From contig CM082581.2 in the NCBI GenBank assembly GCA_040954595.2, positions 12,212,286 through 12,276,285 on the forward strand: a stretch of DNA of 64,000 nucleotides, given 5' to 3'. The notes beneath the pieces were generated by a model. It was not told where the DNA came from, made no database searches, and saw nothing but the letters and a program-made list of their open reading frames with translations. Each line of letters opens with the position of its first letter. Positions within the stretch are counted from its first letter, which is position 1. Origin of the DNA: Balanoglossus misakiensis (Eukaryota > Animalia > Hemichordata). Position numbers and translations under genes: made by a program. Shown one piece after another: positions 27,760 to 39,781 of this stretch.

Positions 27760-30283
27760 ATGACAATCTTCGGCTTTGGTTTTAATGGGTTTGGACAGTT
27801 ACTTCCTAACTGTGGTGGCGATGTCCAATCAACTTCACTGCCGAAAGAACTGGACAGGCAGATTAAAGATACCCAAGACGTTTCCATAGTAACAAGCTGG
27901 AGTACAGTATGCTTTTGTATAGGTAGTTTAATTGATACTTTCGAATGATTGTTTTCCGTGAATTTAAAGATATTTATCAAAACTAGGTTATTACAAACCA
28001 ATTCTTCAGTAGTCATGGATACACTTTTAAATTGAGTCTCCAGTCAAAATTTACTAAAGTGAAATTAAGGTGTGTAACTTTTTTCAATACTAGCACCTAT
28101 TTATCATGAAGACATTAATAGAAAAGTTGAATTATATTTTCATTTTAAAGGTGATAATCTTCAGCTTCAAGGCTTCATTGAAGGCAAACAAAATCAACAA
28201 TATACAGTGAAGTCACCATTTGAGATGCAAGATGCTTTGCTGACAGAAGAAACATTAACAGTTGTTGGAAGATCAAAGGCACAATGTGCAACGTGGAAGT
28301 ATGTCAAAAGTATTAGAAATGTTGATTTTCCAAAAGCAATCACTATGACAACAGACAGAGTGCATGAAGACTGGTCACTGAAGAATCTAGCAAGCGGTGA
28401 ACTACATACAGTTGCTGTGACAGGTGAGATCAACAGTGGCAGTTTTACCCCCTTTTCCCTGTCTAGAGGTCCAACTTTACCACAGAAAAAAACTGATTTG
28501 GACCAAACCATGGTAGTGAAAGGGTTAAACATATACACATTAAATTTATAGTCCTTGGAGGCATTTCTCTAGCAGATTTTAACATAGGGTAATGTGTTAG
28601 TCATATCACAGAATTATTCATCCAGTTCTATACAAATCTTTTCATCTTTCTCTTCTCTGACATTCCAGAAAGGCAAGAAGCTGGTGAAATTACCGACACA
28701 GAAGACAGCTTGATTTTCAGGCCATTTACTCCTCAAATTCTTGCCAGCCAAGTTTGCTGTGGCAATGAACATGTGATGATACTGACTCTAGGTGGCGATG
28801 TTTACACCTATGGACTTGGCAGGTGAACCCATTTTTGTGTGTGTCTTCTTTATTTGCTACTGTCAGCAAAAACTATTGAAACATTTTCACCAATGATGTC
28901 ACAATTCCTTTCATGGAGCAGGCATGGTTACTAGGGGGATAATGACCCCTCAACCCTTGTTTACATTTACAGCCGTGGTCAGCTTGGTCATGGAACCACA
29001 GAAAAAGAACCAAAGCCTAGAGTTGTAGAAGCTCTACAAGGTGTCACTATGGCAACAGTTGCTGCAGGAGGCTGGCATTCAGCAGCAATAAGCAGTAAGT
29101 CGTATCAGCCCATGTATTTGCTGGTATTTATACAGCATTAACAAAGTTTCTGAGTTTGATTAAAGGCCATACAAATTCTGCCAAGCAAGACAACCCAGCA
29201 TCCTTCTGCTGTTTGATTTACAAGAAGGGTTGCAAAATCATTAAATTGTTTCTGAGTTGATTTCATAAATGAGTGAAATGAGTCAGTAATACACTGTCCC
29301 TTCAACTCAGGTGGTCTGTGTCTTATTATTCTCAAGGAAGCCTATCACCACCAAAACATGGTCCATCCTAGCATTTAATGTATTCGAATCACCAGTGCCA
29401 TGGTAACAGAAGCCACAAAATATGCTGTAATTATCCAATATATCTCAACAGTGTCATCATGCATCAGTACCACAGTTGTCCATGCATAATTTCTCACAGA
29501 CGATTATCAAGAGTGGAAAATTATGATTTTTTTTTACACTTTTGTTTCAGCTATAGGAGATCTGTACATTTGGGGCTGGAACGAATCAGGCCAGTTGGGA
29601 CTGCCAATGAAACAGCTGGGATTCAAACCTAAAAGATCTCAATGCAGTAGGAATATTGCAAGGATTGATGGCAGTGATGTCCTTCAACAAGAATGTTGTG
29701 AGACTGGAACACTCCACCAAGACACCAAGAAAAAGACTAAGATTCAAGTTGCTGAATACAAGGAACTGTGTCCCAGCCACATCATTTCAGAGGCATCCAA
29801 AACAGAGGCTGAATCTGAGCCTGACTTCAAAGTGGATCATGATTCAGCCATGTCTGGAAGTGATGGCGATGAGGAAAAAGATGGGGATGTGGTGGTTCTC
29901 TGTCAAATGTTCCCTTGCCTGCTCGAGTTTCCAGGGGAGGTCAGTGTGTCAAAGGTCAGCTGTGGGTCAAGACACACAGCTGCTCTATCAGGTAAAGTGC
30001 CAGGATCATTGAATGAATGTAGAGTTCCCTAAATTGAAATGAATTGACTTTCTTAATTTTGTGTCTCACTGTCTTTCCAATCCTTCCAGAATCAGGAGAC
30101 CTGTACACCTGGGGATGGAATAAGTATGGTCAGCTTGGACATGGAAACTCCACCACAACCGACACCATCACTGTTGTAGACTTCTTCAGACAGAATCGGT
30201 TCAAAGTCAATAATGTCACTTGCGGTCCATGGAATACACTCGTGTCTGCAGTGGATGTCAACAGCACAGTTCAGACACTTTGA
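27760..30283 (+). CDS. RCCD1: RCC1 domain-containing protein 1, 6 coding exons
   Basis: Exons 27760-27922, 28151-28423, 28669-28822, 28973-29094, 29551-29991, 30090-30283. N-terminus [14 protein letters not shown] is typical of RCCD1. RCC1 repeats: VCCGNEHV...[19 protein letters not shown]...[23 protein letters not shown]...[23 protein letters not shown]. Confidence 0.9.
28444..28528. mobile_element. Short MITE-like element, copy 1 (RCCD1 intron 2)
   Basis: Reverse-complement match to 39694-39781; ends GTGAAAGGG-TTAA. Confidence 0.6.
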
Positions 30284-31259
30284 TCTTTTTATGGAATGGA
30301 ATTTAATTCATTGGCATTTTAGGAATCAACCTAACTTGTCAAAAAAAATTCTTTTTGAGAGAAATAAATTTACTTTTACTTTTTATGAGATTCTTGACGC
30401 TGACCCTGAAGATATGTTCACATCACAGACATTTCTATAAACTGAGCTATTGACAGAGGAAGATTTTAATTATGAGCTGCGATGGATTCTGATCAGAAAA
30501 AAAAACCAATCCACTCTCTTTACTTTAACCAACTTGTTTATTTCTAAAACTGATTGCAAAAAGGTTGAATTCTCAACAACAAACTTTCACTGAACAGGTA
30601 AAATAGTAAAATTTATAGAAAAACACTGGCAATCAAAATTGATTGATCTGTGGGAAAGGGATGTACTGAATATTCTTTTTCAATTCTCTCGATAACTAGA
30701 ACACTTTACCGAAATATGTTTTCCAGGCTAGAAGAAAATCAAAAGCTATAACTGGAAATGAAACTGCTCATGTTTCAAGTTATCAACTGTTTTGATTGAA
30801 AAAATCACTGTTCAGCACATTCCTTTCAACTTAAAGCAGATCAATCTGGTTTGATTCCAAGTAACTAACTCTCTGAGTACAAAAACTAAGATAAAAAGGC
30901 AAGTTTTTACTTGGAACTAAGAGGGTATCACAAAAACCTGCGATGTACTGGTTGGTTACAGTGTTTACACTCAAGGATAATCACCGACTTTGAAGTGAGA
31001 AATGACATTTCAAAAGAACTGGCCACTTTAACAAGAGTGGCACTGTTTAACCCTCACTACAGACAGTTTCTTGTATAATATTAACAAAATGAAAATACTA
31101 ACTTCTATGGGGAAGGCTACAACAATAAATAAATATATAAAACTATGGGTTAACTTCAAAAGATGCAATAAACATTTTCTACTCTGGTGTAAACTAAGAC
31201 TCAGCAGAACAGGTACTTTCTCGAAATGCACTCACTCCATGAGATGAAAATGACTCATT

Positions 31260-31320
31260 TTAACCCTTTCACCCCCATTCCCCTGTACAGTAGTCCAACA
31301 CTACCATGAAGAACAATGAA
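31260..31320. mobile_element. Short MITE-like element, copy 2 (partial)
   Basis: TTAA-CCCTTTCACCCCCATTCCCCTGTACAG...TCCAACACTACCA matches the left end of the same family. Confidence 0.5.
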
Positions 31321-31484
31321 CAAGAAATCTGATACTGTGCCACTCTTCGTTTCTTAAAAATTGGCAATCCAAATAATGCTAAGAACCGGTAACAGATGAA
31401 ATAACTAAACTTATCACAGCTGTTCTTGTGACTCGGTTTCTGGAAAAGGATAACACAGAAATAAAACTTTGCGTGACCCTTCTT

Positions 31485-34288
31485 CTACTTGTAAATGTTG
31501 GCTGCTTTCATCTCACTGTGTTGAAGAGCCAGTTTTGGGCACTTTCTGCGATGGCCACCACTCCAGTGCTCACGCTGGCAGCCACGGCAACAGTAATATG
31601 TCATACGACAACCTTTGAGAGAAAAAATATAAGATATATTTCAGAGACATGTCACGGTGTCATGTTCGGTGGTCTCAAGATGAAAACTGAAATGGTCCAC
31701 TTGATGATGCTCAATTTTGCGTGTGTGCTTATTTAATACTGAAAATATTTCTAAAACATTGTAGATCAGTCTTGTGTGGTTACTTGCGAATCCTAATTTC
31801 CAAATGAGACAAAGTTTACTTCAGACAGGTTTCACGGCACAATCCAACTTACCTGAACACAGATGCAAATTGTTGGGGTTGCCACAGCCACAACAAAGAG
31901 CAAGACCTGAATCTTTCTCCTTGCCTTTGGACTCACTCATATCTCGCACACTGTGACTCAAGACTTGCTTCAACCTCATCTGTACATCCTCTAGGTTACA
32001 CTCAAATGGGTCAAAGATTGGTTTGGTCACATTCAAACCCGCTGCTGCCATTTCCCGCAATCTGACTTTGGCCCACGATGGCAGATTGGCACCGTATGGT
32101 CCTGGAAAAATGAAAATGGATTATTTTCTTTATTGAAAAGGGCAGTTGCTGTTGTCTGGAAATAACCATTTGCTCAACTAAAACATTTATCAGAAGATTT
32201 TCTGGACAGCAGAGAGAGTATGGCTTGGGGTGGGTGTTTCTCACCTCTCCATTTCTTCTTTTTTGGTAACAGGTCTAAGAATTCCTGGTAGTATGGATTG
32301 CCCGTGCCATCCAGACCACGGGAATCTTCAACAGGGCAGTTCATGGCAGCTTCAGTCACTCTGCATGCCCCATCAGACAACACCTCACTGAGCAGCAATC
32401 AAATAAAAAAATAGCAATGTATCATGTCTTGACAAAGATACCCTAGCTGGGCATTGCCCTTACAAACACTGCAAACATATAGTACCGTACATCAACAATC
32501 CAATGCACATTTTCTGACACTAGTCCATGCACTGATGACATTTACCTGAGAACATCCTCCACAGAAATCATGTGTTCCCACTGGTCGCCGAGGTCATAAA
32601 GGAAAAGCAACTTGTCACCTCTCTTCTGCAGCACCAGACCAAGCTGAACTTTCTTGTCATCATAGAACTTGTAGCCGTTGATGAAGGCAAACATGGAGTC
32701 AGTGGAACTGGACGAATCTGGCCCGTACACAGCTCCATCTCTTTGATCCACGAAACAGTAGCAGTGGTAGTCACGAAGCCATCCCATTATTGGAGCCAGG
32801 ATCTTGTCTTGCAAAGTGTGAAGACTCACACCACCTGATGATGTATAAAAAAAAAGGAATGTTATGATATGACGTCATCACTTGAGGAGTTTCCACAATA
32901 GTTTTTTTGCAGTTTTACCAGGCAAGAAGTGGCACCAGATGTCCTTTATAAGGAATGTAGAAATCATATTGATGGAGACAAGATAGGTATTGATAGAACA
33001 TGTGGATAACTTCATGTGTTCTGGTCTTGCCCCTATGATTGTGCTTGTATGAAACATCCAAGACAAAATCAGAAGCTCTGGTGTTTGAGGTGGCATCATT
33101 TCTTTTCAGTATTATTCCCAAATGACAGAAGTACATGTATTATGAAGAATATCACTAATTACCTGACACTTTAAATCTTCGAAAGATTTCTGGTCTTATT
33201 CCAGTTAGAGACACCTTTAGAAGATAATCTCTTTCCAGAAACACACGACTCCTTGCAGACAGCTGCTCTGATTTTTTCTCGATCAATCTTTGGACGAACT
33301 GAACTTCTGGCAAACCGGTGTACTTGAGGGCTGTATCATCTCCGCTTTGGCAGTACTTGAACCAGTCTTTCGAGTAATTGTGTTGAACATTCTTTCTGCG
33401 GTTCAAGATTTTCTCGTCGGCGAACCAACTCAAGTGATGAAGACCCCAGATTTCGAAATGACCCGTGGATGGGTCTGGCCCAAGAGGAACGAACTCATCG
33501 GGGTCATTGTAGAAGACCGGATGTACAGTGGATAGATTGTCCAACGGATGGACTTTAACGAATTTTGGCACAGTGTGGGGTCGTGTGAGGCCGGTTGCTG
33601 GTGCCGCCCGACAGTCACGCTGTGCAACACGAATACTGCATTCGTCTCCGATCGGATGTGGCCCCACCTTCGAACCGTGCATGTCGCACAAAACCGCAAA
33701 ATACGTCATTCGTTTTTCCGGTTGCCTGGTGAAACCACTGGTTCCAAATGCATATGTATCCAAAGTACCCACGAACGATGGCACAGCGGTCTCCAAGATT
33801 TTCTTATTAACCTTCGATGGAGTTGGGTAATTGGGTACATAATTGTTATTGGTCAATCTTGGACTTGTCATTTTCTTCTTCTTACCACTTTCCTTCCTCC
33901 TGGAGTCCGCGGCCAAGTTGCCCAGAACAACGCGATCGGAAGCAGAAGCGCCATCTCCATCTTTTGGGCGAGCACCGCTGGAAACAGATTTGCTCACAGA
34001 TGCAGATCCAGATGGAGCCGGAGAATGCTGTTTGGTTGCCGGGCGCTTCTTTTCGACTGGTGCGGTGCGTACTCGAACAGGAGCAGGTTGATTTTCGCCG
34101 TCATCTTTCCTTGTGTGAGAAAGTTGGTCTTCTGGTCGGTTAAGGTGGCGGAAACGTGCATTATTGCAACATCTGAAACAATTACAACATCCAATCTTTT
34201 GTCGTCGTGGATTCTGCGGCAATTCCACTTCATCCTCCGAACTGCTCACTTCTAGTTTGTCCCACTTGGAATAGTCGATCAAAGACAT
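31485..34288 (-). CDS. Uncharacterised protein: Cdc37-N-like motif, pRiA4b-ORF3/MM3350-like domain and C-terminal MYND zinc finger; 5 exons
   Basis: Exons 34288-33163, 32834-32546, 32387-32245, 32101-31853, 31612-31485 with consistent phases. Motifs: MSLIDYSKWDKLEVSSSEDE; YLLKVSLTGIRPEIFRRFKVSGGVSLHTLQDKILAPIMGWLRDYHCYCF; FLYDLGDQWEHMISVE; MNCPVED; CCGCGNPNNLHLCSGCRMTYYCCRGCQREHWSGGHRRKC. Confidence 0.85.
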
Positions 34289-35319
34289 GCTGAAGAGGTC
34301 TTTAAATGTGAACTGAATAAAGAGGAAAAACTATTCAAACTCTCACAAGTTTTACTACATCAGTACCACCACACAGGAGCAAACAGCGTCATCAACTTCG
34401 GTTGTATTCGGTCTACGGATTCGAACACAGAAATTCAATCAGTGCACTGTGATGTTTTCAAAATGACAATGTAGACTTAAAATATTAAAAATGCAAATTT
34501 ATGGTTAACTTTGCAATCAATTTGGTAAATTTCAATTACAATAATAATTTAGTACCGACGAAAAACCTGCTCTAAATTACACCTTTGATATGACGTAGCG
34601 GGACCAGACTAAATTTTCGCTTGAACACTGGCCTGTGAACTATGGAGTAAGGAATTCATAGACTTTGTCGTTTATTTGTAACGGGTATTCTGGCATTTTT
34701 AGTCATTCCTGTCTATTATTATGTTTCTATCAAGCAAGTTTCTCTTCGATTTTGCGTTTGGTGCATGTACAATTTTGGAACTCTAGAGGGCACAATTTTG
34801 TTTAGATGCGACGTGTAACGTCGACGTGTAACGCGCGACGCGTGTGGTGGTGGTACAGCAAAACGTTTTTATTTGTCAAATGAAAGGGGTTTTGCCTGCT
34901 ACGGCATGTTGAATCTCTTGGAAATTTGCAGCCCAGTAGTGAACACATACGCTGATATAATTAACATAATCAGACGCGGATACTAGTGGATTTATTAATG
35001 AGCTGCTGGCAACATGTCACATGAAAAGGAAGTGTAGGCCTTATTGCCGAAATCCTACATGACATCGCGTTACCTTGGTGATTATGACGTTCTTGTGTTC
35101 ATTGTGCAAATGTTAAGATCATGATGTTTGTGAAATAACCTTATTACTCTGTGTTCGGTTACATCGGCATCTTGGAAGAAAAACACCGTCACCAGGTACT
35201 CGTATCGAATATTCAAGTTCCATCTTGTGTCCGTCTGTGTGGAAGTATACTTTTTCTCGAGGATTCTATCAACGATCTACTCGAAAGAAGAAAGGAAAAA
35301 AACACTTCACCGCTTAATC

Positions 35320-36592
35320 ATGTCGATGGGGTTATCTTCACTCCCAAGCGAAAGCGATCACCAACGGCCATTGCCTCTCACTTTATGTATCATCGCTGAC
35401 AATGAAAACCAAACTCAACCATGGAACATAATTCTGCAGTCGTGCGTGATGTCGTCAATATCTCTCACAGGAATCTTCGGCAATTTAATGGTTATCTTAG
35501 TTTTTCTTGCGAACCCGAAAGATCTCCGCAGGCACGCATTACTTCTGAATTTAACAATTGCTGATTTTCTGACGGCCTGTGTTTATCAACCGATACTGGT
35601 AGCGTCCATTTCGATGGAAAGACTCTCCGGGGTTCGAGAAGCGTGTTCGCTTTTCTCCGATCAACTCAACGGCACCGTCACAAACGTATCTAATTTAACA
35701 GTGGCCTTTATTGCGTACGAGCGTTTTGCACAGATCTCGGATGACATCAAACATAGTAAGAATTTCACGACTCCCAGAAAAGTAGCAAATTGCGTGATTA
35801 TATGGATAATATCCTGGATGATGATGGCATTCCGTCTCTCGACAAGCGGGAATGGTGCCCTTGTGTGTGGAGAAGCGTATACCGGGTGCTTTGCTGGAGT
35901 TGGACCACTTTCTATCTGGTACGTGGTAGTCATGGTAGCGGTGACGTGTGCCGCGCCCTTCGCGGTGATGGTATCGTGTTACACAGGAGTGTACAGGAGG
36001 GTCCAAGATGCTGTTGAACATTTTTCGAAAGTTAACGGTGAAACCAGGGCAAGAGAAGGACAGCGGTTGATCAGCTTTCGGGAAGCGTCCGCTTGGCAGA
36101 ACAAAATCAAAACCATGACAATGACCCTGATTTTGCTGATTGTCATTTTCTTGGTTTGCAACGTTCCGCGTGTTGTTTGGCAGCTGGTTCGAACAGGTGA
36201 GAATGATCAGACGTCATACTGGATCAACAGAGTCGTCGTGTTTTTATCGGCGGCTCGATCATCCGTAAATCCTTTCGTCTACGCGTGGAAAAACCCAGTG
36301 TTCAACAGCAGGGTCAGGTTGCTTCTAAAATGTCGCTCGAACAAACCCTTATTTGATGCATTCAACTTGGCCCTGGCCGCGCTCAGCAGGGGAAGTGACG
36401 GCGAGCAGCGCAGCATGAGTAACCGGGCCTGGTTTGAGTGGACTGCAAGAGACATGAGCACAAACGAAATCAGGGCATTCTCACGAATCTCCTCGAGTTC
36501 CTCCAATGAAAATTTCGGCCCGTCGCCATGGACAATCTTACAGAGATGGCGACGGAGTAACTGCGTCTCGCCGACACCACATATACCCAGAT

Positions 36593-36594
<2 letters not shown>
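35320..36594 (+). CDS. Intronless class A (rhodopsin-like) orphan GPCR
   Basis: Seven hydrophobic segments with GN (TM1), LTIADF (TM2), IAYERF (E/DRY variant), TM4 Trp, PF..MVSCY (TM5), FLVCNVP (TM6), NPFVY (TM7) and helix-8 F. First in-frame ATG is at 35320. Confidence 0.9.
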
Positions 36595-36595
<1 letters not shown>

Positions 36596-36653
<58 letters not shown>

Positions 36654-36664
36654 ATCATCATCAT
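36596..36664. repeat. (ATC)n microsatellite immediately after the GPCR stop codon
   Basis: About 22 ATC units. Confidence 0.95.
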
Positions 36665-36862
36665 GTCGTGGAATGCAAAACTTGGTTCTGGATACCAGTG
36701 AGCGCCCTCTATAGACGCCAGTCACAACCACGAGCAACATCCGGGCACCGTTTAAATAATTCACCGCCATTTTTATCTACCACTTGAAATCCTGAGAACG
36801 CATGTTCAGCGCACCACCAGCCCGGGGCTCTGACAGACGAAAAAACACATCAAGGAGCTGCA

Positions 36863-38086
36863 ATGACGAACGAAAAGGGACCCGATGTAGCCGATTTATT
36901 GGCAAAGATCAGCTTAGAAGACAAAGCAACAGATGTTTCATTTGCCGGTAAGGCATTAAAACTAAACAAGACCGAAGATGCCGATGAAATCGTCAAAGCT
37001 ATTTCGGACTGTCGGAATTTGCGGTCGTTATCATTGGAAGGGAACACAGTCGGGGTTGACGCCGCTGGTGCTATAGCAACAGCTCTTGAATCCAAGCCGG
37101 AGTTTCAGCGGGCAAGGTGGAGCGACATGTTTACAGGGAGACTGAGATCAGAGATACCACCCTCCTTGGAAAAATTAGGGGGCGCCATCATCAAGGCGAA
37201 AGCGCATCTGACAGAACTTGACCTGAGTGACAATGCCTTTGGTCCCGATGGAGTGAAAGCATGTACGGAACTTCTGAAAAGCGGGTCAGGATATTCTCTC
37301 AAGACACTAAGATTCAACAATAATGGACTTGGTATAGCTGGTGGCGAGATTCTAGCCGATGCGTTGAAGCAGTGTCACAAGAACAGTTCAGCAGATGGAC
37401 AACCGTTGGCCCTGGAAGTTTTCATAGCTGGTCGAAACCGGTTAGAAGATGAAGGTGCAGCAGCTTTGGCCTCAGCGTTTAAACTGATAGGAACTTTGCA
37501 ACAAATAGAAATGCCACAGAATGGTATAAATCATGAAGGTACAGAGGCCCTCGCAGACGCTTGTGCTGAAAACAGTAAACTACGGGTATTAAACTTCAAC
37601 GACAACACATTTACGGAAAAGGGGGGCAAGGCAATGGCCTGTGCTATTGCCAAATTGCCAGAATTGGAAGTGATCAACTTTGGAGACTGTCTGGTGCGAT
37701 CTGGAGGGGCAACAGCCCTCGCAGAAACGCTGAGGAAGGGTGTGCCTAAACTTAGAGAGCTGAACTTGACCTTTGGAGAAATGAACGCAGATGCAGCAGT
37801 GCTCATTGCACAAAGCGTGGAGGACAAATGTCATTTAGAGAAATTGGAACTGAATGGAAACTGTTTCGGAGAAGAGGGAATTGATCGCCTGAGAGGAGTA
37901 CTTGACAGCAATGGTAAACTTGAATGTCTTGGGTCTTTGAGTGATGATGAAGGGGACGAGGACGAGGATGATGATGATGATGATGCCGCCGGTGATGAGA
38001 AGGAATGTTCAGATGATGACACAGGAGAACTGTTGAATGATCCAGCATTGTCTGTTCAAGGCATACCATTGTCTCCGAGATCTTAG
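36863..38086 (+). CDS. RANGAP1: Ran GTPase-activating protein 1-like, intronless, LRR plus acidic region only (407 aa)
   Basis: RanGAP signatures [85 protein letters not shown] followed by an acidic tract. AATAAA at ~38822 and ~38833. Confidence 0.92.
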   Translation: MTNEKGPDVADLLAKISLEDKATDVSFAGKALKLNKTEDADEIVKAISDCRNLRSLSLEGNTVGVDAAGAIATALESKPEFQRARWSDMFTGRLRSEIPPSLEKLGGAIIKAKAHLTELDLSDNAFGPDGVKACTELLKSGSGYSLKTLRFNNNGLGIAGGEILADALKQCHKNSSADGQPLALEVFIAGRNRLEDEGAAALASAFKLIGTLQQIEMPQNGINHEGTEALADACAENSKLRVLNFNDNTFTEKGGKAMACAIAKLPELEVINFGDCLVRSGGATALAETLRKGVPKLRELNLTFGEMNADAAVLIAQSVEDKCHLEKLELNGNCFGEEGIDRLRGVLDSNGKLECLGSLSDDEGDEDEDDDDDDAAGDEKECSDDDTGELLNDPALSVQGIPLSPRS

Positions 38087-39693
38087 AACTGTGTATCCCA
38101 CGGCAACACACTACTGAACACAAGCATGTATAGACCTCTAATGGGACAAAGCCTTTTGTTGGGACGCTATGCAGTGTATAGTTGAATGAATTGGTGTATA
38201 TATTTCAGCTGTGGCAAAATTGAAGCATGATGTCCAGTGTTTTCAAATACCAAAGTAGATGATAAATGGAATTCCTGCGATGAGGGACAGAACTCAACCT
38301 TTTTTACATGTATGTTCCAACAGGTGGTTTTTGAGAAGGAACATTTGTGAGTGTGCTAGTATGAATATTTTTAACAGAAAGAAGCGATGCTATGCAATGA
38401 AATGATTTTCATGTGTATCATATGTCTTTACAGGGGAGATCTCCATTCTGTCAACAAAAGCATGAGATCATTTTCACCGTCAAAGTTTTAAAACTCAGAA
38501 CTGTAGATGTTATTATTACGAAGTATTTCATCATGAATTAATTGAAATTTTATGTGCATAAACATTAATAGTGCAGCTTCATGCACAAATGGTTTTTAAA
38601 GAATTTTGTACTTTGAAATTTTAGATACAAAACTTAAGGAAATTATTCTCAGTTTTAATAGTTACATTTAGTTCATTTTTGTTTTTAAGTTTGGCAATAA
38701 CTAGTATCGCTAGTATGATTGATAGTAACATTTTGTGTGTCTGTTTATCATGTCAAATAGTGTGGTAGTCTTGTTGTAAAATATGTTTTACACAACTGTA
38801 TATCTCATTGTATCACTTGGTAATAAAATTTTAATAAAAAACACTATTTGTAGGATTTCATATTCACACACACAAGCCCAAAACCTGCCTCTATTCCATT
38901 GGACACCCCTCACACATCCCTGACAGACTGGATATTAATAACCACAATGTAATTTTGAATCAGAAAGTTTTTATTTTTAAAGGCCATTTACAAAACACAA
39001 ACTGAAAATTGACACCACCAGACCAGTCTGTGTTTTTATCAGAGAACTTCTGTACTGACTGGAAAATGTAGTCAGTGTCATCAATAACAGACAGGCAGTA
39101 CATCACAAACTGAGCATGACATATGACCTTTGACATTAAGTGACCTTTTGACACGAGATACATAAAAACCCCAGTACCAGTGTTGAACTTGGTTGAGATC
39201 AAAAACAAAAGGCAAGGTGAACACCAAAGTTTCGTAAATAATGTGCGCTTGTTCCCAGCACCCAACTGGGAGACCTTAACCTTTTATGATGTTTTTTTAA
39301 TTAAATTAATTGATTCACAGTTAATAGAAACACAGCAAATCAGAGATTGGCAATTTTTAATGACAAAATGACGGATTAAAAGACTGAAATGAACTGCTGA
39401 GCGAAACAACAAGACCAATGAAGTCTTCAGAAACTTAACTACCACATGGAATTTAAAAAATGCCACAAAAGAAAAAATCTGGTTTTCACTCAGACAAACT
39501 GGGAGAAGAAAAACACAGCAGTCAACAAGATCTAAAGTTGAGATGACAGATCACACATGCTACAATATCAAAGAACAGCCCTACTTCAATAAAAATCATA
39601 TAAATTAGGCATTTGCTTAGCCACAATACTGACTGAGAATAGACGGCAAGCACAAAAATCATGTGGCTCTCAGTTTAGACTGTAGCAAATCAA

Positions 39694-39781
39694 CCCTGTC
39701 ACCACTATCATGGTTTGGTCCAAATCCATCGTTTTCTATGGTAAAGTTGGACGTCTACAGTGGGAACCGGGGGTAAAAGGG
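39694..39781. mobile_element. Short MITE-like element, copy 3 (full length, 88 bp)
   Basis: Imperfect terminal inverted repeats CCCTGTCACC...GGTAAAAGGG flanked by TCAA/TTCA (degenerate TTAA); interior matches copy 1. Confidence 0.6.

Noticed and set aside
27760-30283. RCC1 (RanGEF) forming a GEF/GAP pair with the nearby RanGAP
   Set aside because: The N-terminus and repeat pattern match RCCD1, which is not known as a RanGEF.
33290-34255. Plus-strand ORFs up to 235 aa
   Set aside because: Antisense shadows of the pRiA4b-MYND exon 1 with no motifs; the same applies to the shadows over the nAChR, RanGAP and Mondo exons.
35320-36594. Opsin
   Set aside because: The retinal-binding Lys position, six residues before the N of NPxxY, is Ala.
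36470-36787. Poly-Asp and poly-Ile ORFs
   Set aside because: Translations of the (ATC)n microsatellite.
38087-38900. Downstream exon encoding the RanGAP C-terminal domain
   Set aside because: The candidate acceptor at ~38208 leads to early stops in the frames I read; the region is AT-rich and UTR-like with AATAAA signals.
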